Assembly: GCA_002507175.1 (NCBI GenBank)
Contig: DAZE01000020.1
Location: forward strand, 5,872 to 69,871
Reading direction: 5' to 3'
Origin: Euryarchaeota archaeon UBA558
Lineage (GTDB): Archaea; Thermoplasmatota; Poseidoniia; Poseidoniales; Thalassarchaeaceae
DNA length: 64,000 nt
This document shows, in pieces, positions 58,901-64,000 of the stretch. The stretch's first letter is position 1. Every line of letters begins with the position of its first letter. The position numbers and the translations under genes are program-made. The notes beneath the pieces are model-generated. The model did not search any database. It was not told the DNA's origin and saw only the letters and a list, made by a program, of their open reading frames with translations.

Positions 58901-61900
58901 GAACGGGAACCTCTTCCCAGATGAATTCGCGGACCTGTTGAATAACAATGAAGATCCTGATGACGATTGTGGAGCCCCCGTCACAGGAACTCCAAATCCA
59001 TCATGCATGGTTAACGATACAGCCGATCTAGATGACGATTTCGACGGCGTTTTCGACCATTGGGACGTTGACGATGACAACAATGGCGTTTGGGATTTCT
59101 TCGAGGTTGACGTCAACGATGACTTGGATGATGATACCAACACGGAACCCCTGGGGAACTTTTTCACCGGATACAACTGCGATGATCAGGACGATGACGG
59201 TACGGATACAGATCCCGATGGGGATGGTTGGTACCAATCGGTTTGGGATCGAGGCAGATTAGGACAGGGATTGCTCTTCCCCCAATATTACGACGTCGAC
59301 AATGACAACGATGGCGTCCCGGACGGGGAGGACCCCGATGACGACAACAACGGAGTCTTGGACACCGACCAGGAATTGATTTGCTTCCAAGGGGAAGAAC
59401 AGAGCCCATGGGACCACGACAATGACGGTATTCCAGATTGGGCAGACACGGATTGGGATGGCGACGGCTTATCCAATACCATCGAGCTTGCTGGTGGGGG
59501 AGCCTCCCATCCAATCGCCCCATGGGACCACGACAACGATGGCCTTCGTGATGACATTGATCTCGATGATGATGAAGATGGCATGAACGATGAAGACGAG
59601 GTGATGCTTTGGCCAACGAGGTTCAACTCCAATTCAACAAATCCCTGGGATCATGATGATTACGGAACCGGGTCAGGAATTTATGATCCAACAAACGCAT
59701 CCACGGGTCCAGACGCTCAGGATGAAGATGACGACTCAGATGGCATACCAGATATCGATTGGGACCACTTGGAGGAGAACGAACTATGCACCGACTCAAG
59801 CGGAGCTCTATACCCTGCAAGTGATTGGGACAATGACAACGATTGCATATTAGATGCAGACGACAAACCACCCACCAGAATTACGCTCAATCCAATCCAA
59901 ACTGTCTGGTTAGACGCCCAATTCCCTGCAGTATTTACCGGTCGCGTGGATGTTCTCGATATGGAGACCGGAGCATTTGTTCCCGGAACAGACCTACCCG
60001 TTAGAATAGTGATTGAATACGCAAGGAACTCGACTGAGGCCCTACGAACAGTGGAGGTTCTTACGAACGAAATGGGGAATTTCACAGTAGGACAATACCT
60101 CTATCCAGAGGATATTGAAGTAGGTCCATCCTCTATGTACAACCTTCGTGCTGATGTGATAGAGATGTTTGCCCACGACGGGTCGTCTTCAACCCCCGTC
60201 CCCCTACAGGTCAGGGGAAACACGACCGTCGATTACGTATCCTGGACTTATTTCAGGAGTGACGAACAACCCCTCTTTGTGGATTTCAAGGTGCATTATG
60301 ACGCAGATTGGCAGAGGGGTATATTTGACAATAGAATAAAACACGCTCCAGTCTCATTCACAGTCGCCGGAGGTCCATTCGGAAACCGCACGGAACCTAC
60401 TATGTTTGATGGATACGGATTCGGATACAGGGCCGACTCAAACGGTTGGGTGTCCCTCACTTTCGTCCAACAACAGGGTGCTCAAGGTTTCTGGAAACAG
60501 GTTCGATGGAACTCCACCATGGACAACGGTGTGGGGCAACCCAGCGGCGGATACGAGGAAATTGTGTGGGACGACAACGCAAAGGAACATCAATACGTGT
60601 CAAGATACGAATATACGAACACATCTTTGCCAGTCGGAGATTATGAGTTCATAGGCTTCTCGAAACCAGATTTGGGAGCTGAGTGGCCCTTCCCATACCT
60701 CAACGGCAGCGAATCAGAGACATTCTACATACGCTCAATGCACAGAATGTACATCGAGGCCGTCATACACACGACCTCATTGAGACCCGTTTACTTCTGG
60801 GATGCCACCCAATTTATCGGATCGTCTTTCGGCGCATGGAGGGCTCTATTCCACGCTCCATCACTTCAAGCAGCAGACATATCCTTTGAGAATGCCAGCA
60901 TTGGCAAGCCATACCCCATCCTTTGGGATGGAACATCGGCAGGGCTTACTGGTGAGGCTGCTAAGCTGAGGCCCTTCCTTTCGGCCAATCTGACTCATTG
61001 GTCTATAGCAATGCAAAATGGAGGAGACTTCAACGCCCCACCATGTGGACCCGCAAACCCAGCGGATCCATTCAGTCAAACTCGTTGTGAGATTATGCCA
61101 GAATTATTTACTGGTGAGTCACTCAGGGTGGTAGGGGAAGTTTACAATCGAACCTTTGTACCATGGTCTAGCGACCCGATTGCCTTGCAGGTCGATCTCG
61201 ATCAAAACCTAATATTCTCTGGCGCCCAAGAAACTGGTTTCGCCAGGGTGCCAAACATGATTGATGGCAAAGCAAAGTTTGACTACAACTGGACATGGTA
61301 CTCACAGTATGCAGCGGGCACATACGGCATCAAGGCAGATTTCACGAACTCCAATTTCTACTTCACGGGCAATCAATCATCCGTTTTGTCCGCCACTGGA
61401 GCCTACGTCAACGTTTCAGTAATCGGAACGAGCCAATTTTTACCGATTGAGGACTCCCGTCTATATCGCGGAGTAAACAGAACCGTGGAAGTGAGGCTGG
61501 TGGATAACTCCCTGCAACCACTGAGGGAGGTCCCAGTCACATATTCGTGGAACGCAGACGGCACCAATGGACTGACATCAACCGACAAAAATGGAATATT
61601 CAGGGTCAATCTCTCAACCGGACAGAATCACCCTCTAGGTGCATTCACACTCAGCTATGAATACACAGGAGACGCTTTCCACCAATCCTCGACAGGTCAG
61701 ACGGAACTATGGGTCGTTTCTCGAACCTTCATCGACCTACAATCCAGCGTCTCTGGAGCATTAGTGAGCGGTCAAGACTGGTTCTTCACAGCCCAGGTGA
61801 CCGATGACAATCGAACTGCATTTACGAAGGACTCAGGACAGGCATTGGATGGGTGCGAGGAAAACGGAGGAAATATCACTTTGATTCTGGAAGGATTAGA

Positions 61901-63971
61901 CTTCGAGGACAGAGTTCACAGAAAAATCGTGGAGACTCTGTGCCCGAGTGCCGGTGCCATCACGCACCAACTTACCTTGGATCCCGAGATACTCACCTCT
62001 GATGCTGAATCATTCCTCCCAGATGGTTTTGGACCAGTAAATGTAATTCTCAGATTTAATGAAAACCTTCCCCACGAGGGATGCGGCCCACTAGGCCCCG
62101 ACGCCTTGGAGATCGCTGGAGCATGGGACGAATGTACTCTCGATATCTACAACGACCATTACAGGAGAGTACTTCAGTTCCAAGAAGAGGGATTCTATCT
62201 CCTCGGAGGGACATCGTTGAGTGTTGATGAGCAAACAGTCTACACTTCCGAGGCCGATCCCATAACAGGTGAATCTATTCAAAAGCCAATGTCTGTTACT
62301 GGTCAATTGGTAGATGAACTTGGTAGGAACCTAAGCTTCCGAAATGTGAAGGTGACCTATGAGATGCTGGGAAGTCAGCTCGGAATACGAACATGCCTTC
62401 CGGGTACCACCGATGCCAACGGATTCTTTGAGATACTATGCTCACTTGACGGCGTTCAAGCAGGTCAAGCAAAAGTACAGGTGATGTACAACTCATGGGA
62501 AAATGCAGATCGTTATCGATATCTGAATGCAACAAAAACCATGTTATTCCCAGTATACTCCAATTCTACATTGCAGATGATCGAAATCGGCCCATTCAGG
62601 AATGACGTCGACACGTACACGTTTGCAAATGGCAGCACATTCCCAGTTCTTTACCTAAAGGAATCGTTCCACCTCGATGCAAGACTTACCCAGGTGAATG
62701 GAAATCCAGTTGGTGGCAAGTGCCTGAACATCTATCTCGATCCCGAGACCAATACTAGACCTTTCGCAACAGCAAGGACAAACGACGGAACAGGCTCAGT
62801 TGAGTGGTTTTCAGGTGACAAGGAGGATAATCCAAGCCAAAGAGGAGTAGACCCAAGCGGCGACCAGCTCGAGGGCTTCAGAACCGTGAGAGTCGCCTAT
62901 GAACCCACAAGATCTGTCCCTGGGGGATGTGAGATAGAAAACAGCCCAGTGATTAATGGCTCTTTCGTGGACGTTGAAGTTCTAGTACAGAGCAGAGTCG
63001 ATATTCTACTGAGCCAGCAATGGGCACGCCCCGAGGGGTATCAAGTTGGTGAGATTGTCGAGGGTTCGGTCGCAATACTCCGAGATAGGATCGATTTGGC
63101 AGTGGAAGGGCAGACCGTCATATTCTCCCAGTACTACAACAACGGAACCGGTTGGGAGCTCTTCAAGGTCTATATCACTACCACTAACGAGCAGGGTACA
63201 GCCAATTTCAGTTTCGAATACACAGGCCGTGATCTCCCAGGGGAACAATCCGCCATCCTCGGAGGCCCTGAAGCAGTAAACGGGGAATGGAAAATAGAGG
63301 TAGAGTTCCAGGGTGATTATCGATTCGTAAGCTCGGAACTGAGCAACACTCCCAGGATAAAACTTGCAGATCCCGTCGACCCAGACCAACAGAGCTTCTT
63401 TACGGCCAGGGTCATGACAGTTTTGGCCCTCATCCTGGTCTCGACACTACTACTAGCTGCCTACATGTACAGGAATTACGTAGAAAGAAGGAGAATAGAG
63501 GTACTCAGGGGCATACTGACAGATTCGTTGTGGGCTTTGCAAGGACGAAATTCGTATATTGAGACCATTTTCAACTGCTATAAGGACTTAGTCAAGTTCT
63601 TCAGACAGAGAGGAGCAATGAAGAAAGTTTACGAAACCACTAGAGAATTCGAGTACGCAGTAGATAAGATGCTTGGCGGAATAGCGCCCCCGGAGGACCT
63701 ATCAGAATTCTTCAGCATATTTGAGGAAGCAAGATATTCAGATCATGAGATCGGAGCAGACCAGAGAGATAGAGCCATAGCGGCACTTCAAAACATCATC
63801 ACCCATCTATCAAAATCATTGGGAGAGAGCATGCTCAGCCGAATACGCTCCGAGGGCTTAGAGATGTATGGCGCATCGACCAAAGCTGGTACCTTTGTGG
63901 ACTCCGAAGGCCAGGTCAGAATTGCTGGAGAACAGGACGACTCAGACGAGAAGACGGGATTCAACATATGA
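55983..63971 (+). CDS. Giant Ca-binding surface protein: signal peptide, about 30 TSP3-like DxDxDG repeats, cupredoxin-like module, about 1100-aa beta-rich region, TM anchor, cytoplasmic DUF4129-like domain
   Basis: Signal LFLVVLMVASLQTPTLAA. Many DHDNDG/DDDNDG units. TM helix VMTVLALILVSTLLLAAYMY (63395..63470). C-terminal TREFEYAV...FEEARYSDHEI. GTG at 55983 or ATG at 55989. Confidence 0.9.
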   Translation: MGMIADFGRRREVSRSLFLVVLMVASLQTPTLAATTTGTSDNHSPYESPPQIQIQSEDIDTTTNYAPNFAMLPDHPAFKDASWSDPGLLYGRITDISFLDEGYRFMVEETETEDHDNDGINDLDDLDDDNDGISDLIERFDGCFGTDPYDHDNDGLKDEFDFDDDNDGILEGPIDYSQGTDPWNVSTDRYVDPQTTHPWTGLPVGTGYLVDQDPYDHDNDGVPDEDIDGSGKGSYDEDDDNDARIDQFVWPCDFDGDGLQDYWDADDDNDGVIDIWDTHPWNSSETRNITATAQNWSAAESWASSKTHQVSITENGYSTPNLAIEIGDSVRWTNDDIENRTVTAADGSFDSGIIPPGGFFVHLFENEGQTRYSETAGTGVGDGTITTNAATGLPFPDAFNLDFDTYGKEKLDFAFKEQNLWHPRNPAFDQIVDGDLDGDGLPNFIDPDNDNDGTPDSADTDDDNDGLLDMWDIDDDNDGIPDNCLNVLGPQDNMEGFSEYFGQTPGVDCEIDYDRDADDDAYRAIDSDYDLVWDWKDTDLGAADPADNLLGNPSLDPNDLPYDLDNDGILNQDDPYPMVHSDVIDTWNCESLQNPNPVNPDPRCLTERKSYTGNNDWDGDGFSNWEDVDDDNDGVLDWLDIDENCDLDDDNDLHLLNGSRYRDDGPNAIDTDIDGDGLSNDEDWDDDNDGISDLYDPDDGNCGVVDIDSTDQFDNSYSHQDGDIIDGSADSQIYVGTGTLQWDMFWHFSPFFVDHGFVLPYNGYQDDFTFGPPTIVSNGNVPEMYWHVMMKWSPWNGNNYFDLDMDGDSLINGIDVDIDADGVPNWWDRDEGSDGRLDVNDPAYGGSLDDGECDLSMSFLLGLDDDQISCGIALAWLYGFPLSQARSSNGVPFVLPYSSRPDPLYTDGPYNGENSAGINDFTCETNCFHFDFLGPADAGPSAAVTFDDMINNRDLWTAYVGINFGMFQWVSDGNGNLFPDEFADLLNNNEDPDDDCGAPVTGTPNPSCMVNDTADLDDDFDGVFDHWDVDDDNNGVWDFFEVDVNDDLDDDTNTEPLGNFFTGYNCDDQDDDGTDTDPDGDGWYQSVWDRGRLGQGLLFPQYYDVDNDNDGVPDGEDPDDDNNGVLDTDQELICFQGEEQSPWDHDNDGIPDWADTDWDGDGLSNTIELAGGGASHPIAPWDHDNDGLRDDIDLDDDEDGMNDEDEVMLWPTRFNSNSTNPWDHDDYGTGSGIYDPTNASTGPDAQDEDDDSDGIPDIDWDHLEENELCTDSSGALYPASDWDNDNDCILDADDKPPTRITLNPIQTVWLDAQFPAVFTGRVDVLDMETGAFVPGTDLPVRIVIEYARNSTEALRTVEVLTNEMGNFTVGQYLYPEDIEVGPSSMYNLRADVIEMFAHDGSSSTPVPLQVRGNTTVDYVSWTYFRSDEQPLFVDFKVHYDADWQRGIFDNRIKHAPVSFTVAGGPFGNRTEPTMFDGYGFGYRADSNGWVSLTFVQQQGAQGFWKQVRWNSTMDNGVGQPSGGYEEIVWDDNAKEHQYVSRYEYTNTSLPVGDYEFIGFSKPDLGAEWPFPYLNGSESETFYIRSMHRMYIEAVIHTTSLRPVYFWDATQFIGSSFGAWRALFHAPSLQAADISFENASIGKPYPILWDGTSAGLTGEAAKLRPFLSANLTHWSIAMQNGGDFNAPPCGPANPADPFSQTRCEIMPELFTGESLRVVGEVYNRTFVPWSSDPIALQVDLDQNLIFSGAQETGFARVPNMIDGKAKFDYNWTWYSQYAAGTYGIKADFTNSNFYFTGNQSSVLSATGAYVNVSVIGTSQFLPIEDSRLYRGVNRTVEVRLVDNSLQPLREVPVTYSWNADGTNGLTSTDKNGIFRVNLSTGQNHPLGAFTLSYEYTGDAFHQSSTGQTELWVVSRTFIDLQSSVSGALVSGQDWFFTAQVTDDNRTAFTKDSGQALDGCEENGGNITLILEGLDFEDRVHRKIVETLCPSAGAITHQLTLDPEILTSDAESFLPDGFGPVNVILRFNENLPHEGCGPLGPDALEIAGAWDECTLDIYNDHYRRVLQFQEEGFYLLGGTSLSVDEQTVYTSEADPITGESIQKPMSVTGQLVDELGRNLSFRNVKVTYEMLGSQLGIRTCLPGTTDANGFFEILCSLDGVQAGQAKVQVMYNSWENADRYRYLNATKTMLFPVYSNSTLQMIEIGPFRNDVDTYTFANGSTFPVLYLKESFHLDARLTQVNGNPVGGKCLNIYLDPETNTRPFATARTNDGTGSVEWFSGDKEDNPSQRGVDPSGDQLEGFRTVRVAYEPTRSVPGGCEIENSPVINGSFVDVEVLVQSRVDILLSQQWARPEGYQVGEIVEGSVAILRDRIDLAVEGQTVIFSQYYNNGTGWELFKVYITTTNEQGTANFSFEYTGRDLPGEQSAILGGPEAVNGEWKIEVEFQGDYRFVSSELSNTPRIKLADPVDPDQQSFFTARVMTVLALILVSTLLLAAYMYRNYVERRRIEVLRGILTDSLWALQGRNSYIETIFNCYKDLVKFFRQRGAMKKVYETTREFEYAVDKMLGGIAPPEDLSEFFSIFEEARYSDHEIGADQRDRAIAALQNIITHLSKSLGESMLSRIRSEGLEMYGASTKAGTFVDSEGQVRIAGEQDDSDEKTGFNI
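56322..59866 (+). repeat. Coding region rich in degenerate tandem thrombospondin-type-3-like repeats (D-x-D-x-D-G-x-x-D)
   Basis: By manual reading, about 30 copies of D[HDWNL]D[NG]DG-type loops. The recurring DNA core is gatgacgataatgacgg. The block is interrupted at 56904..57110 by a non-repeat module. Confidence 0.8.
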
Positions 63972-64000
63972 AGGGGCTGAAGTGCCCATGGGGACCCAAA

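Noticed and set aside
56249-59871. Series of minus-strand and off-frame ORFs (for example 57313..57708, 59164..59616, 59288..59632) inside the giant gene
   Set aside because: They are produced by GAY/AAY-rich Asp/Asn codon repeats, whose other frames and complement lack stop codons. The products are His/Arg/Ser/Pro low-complexity strings.
63987-64000. ATG opening a new plus-strand ORF at the window edge
   Set aside because: Only 14 nt are visible, which cannot support a feature. It is mentioned only as context for the DUF4129 finding.

Overview
Gene-dense window with about 58 supported genes on both strands. Many start/stop codons overlap and intergenic spacers are very short. I see no rRNA, CRISPR array, transposase or integrase.

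The information-processing genes are archaeal:
- TFB
- topoisomerase VI A and B
- an RFC-like clamp loader
- RNA polymerase subunit P
- ribosomal protein LX
- prefoldin alpha
- FtsY
- split GMP synthase subunit A
- two tRNAs with encoded CCA

Many operational genes look bacterial:
- GroES/GroEL
- pyruvoyl PanD
- RlmH
- a PlsC-like acyltransferase
- TagD/TagF
- a proteorhodopsin-type rhodopsin

This mix, together with two giant surface proteins (1721 aa and 2662 aa, about 21% of the window), suggests a planktonic marine euryarchaeote of the Marine Group II / Poseidoniales type. That assignment is inference only.

Most notable observations:
1. A low-GC cluster for CDP-glycerol / poly(glycerol-phosphate)-type glycopolymer synthesis that also carries a sulfotransferase.
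2. A giant surface protein in which a vWA/MIDAS domain is nested inside the fourth of seven propeller-like repeats, an integrin-alpha-like layout.
3. A 2662-aa protein with about 30 thrombospondin-type-3-like Ca-binding repeats, a ligand-less cupredoxin-like module and a cytoplasmic DUF4129-like tail.
4. A DHH phosphoesterase followed by an 1102-aa helical protein with a C-terminal PIN nuclease domain, divergent from a Nudix hydrolase. This is a candidate RNA-turnover or defence module.
5. A rhodopsin with a DTK motif instead of DTE.
6. A large-type PurL split from its glutaminase.
7. A tandem zinc-ribbon RpoP.
8. A domain-permuted aconitase-family enzyme translationally coupled to topo VI.
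9. A gene split by a frameshift at a G5 run.

All functional calls rest on motif recognition by eye. No database search was run.
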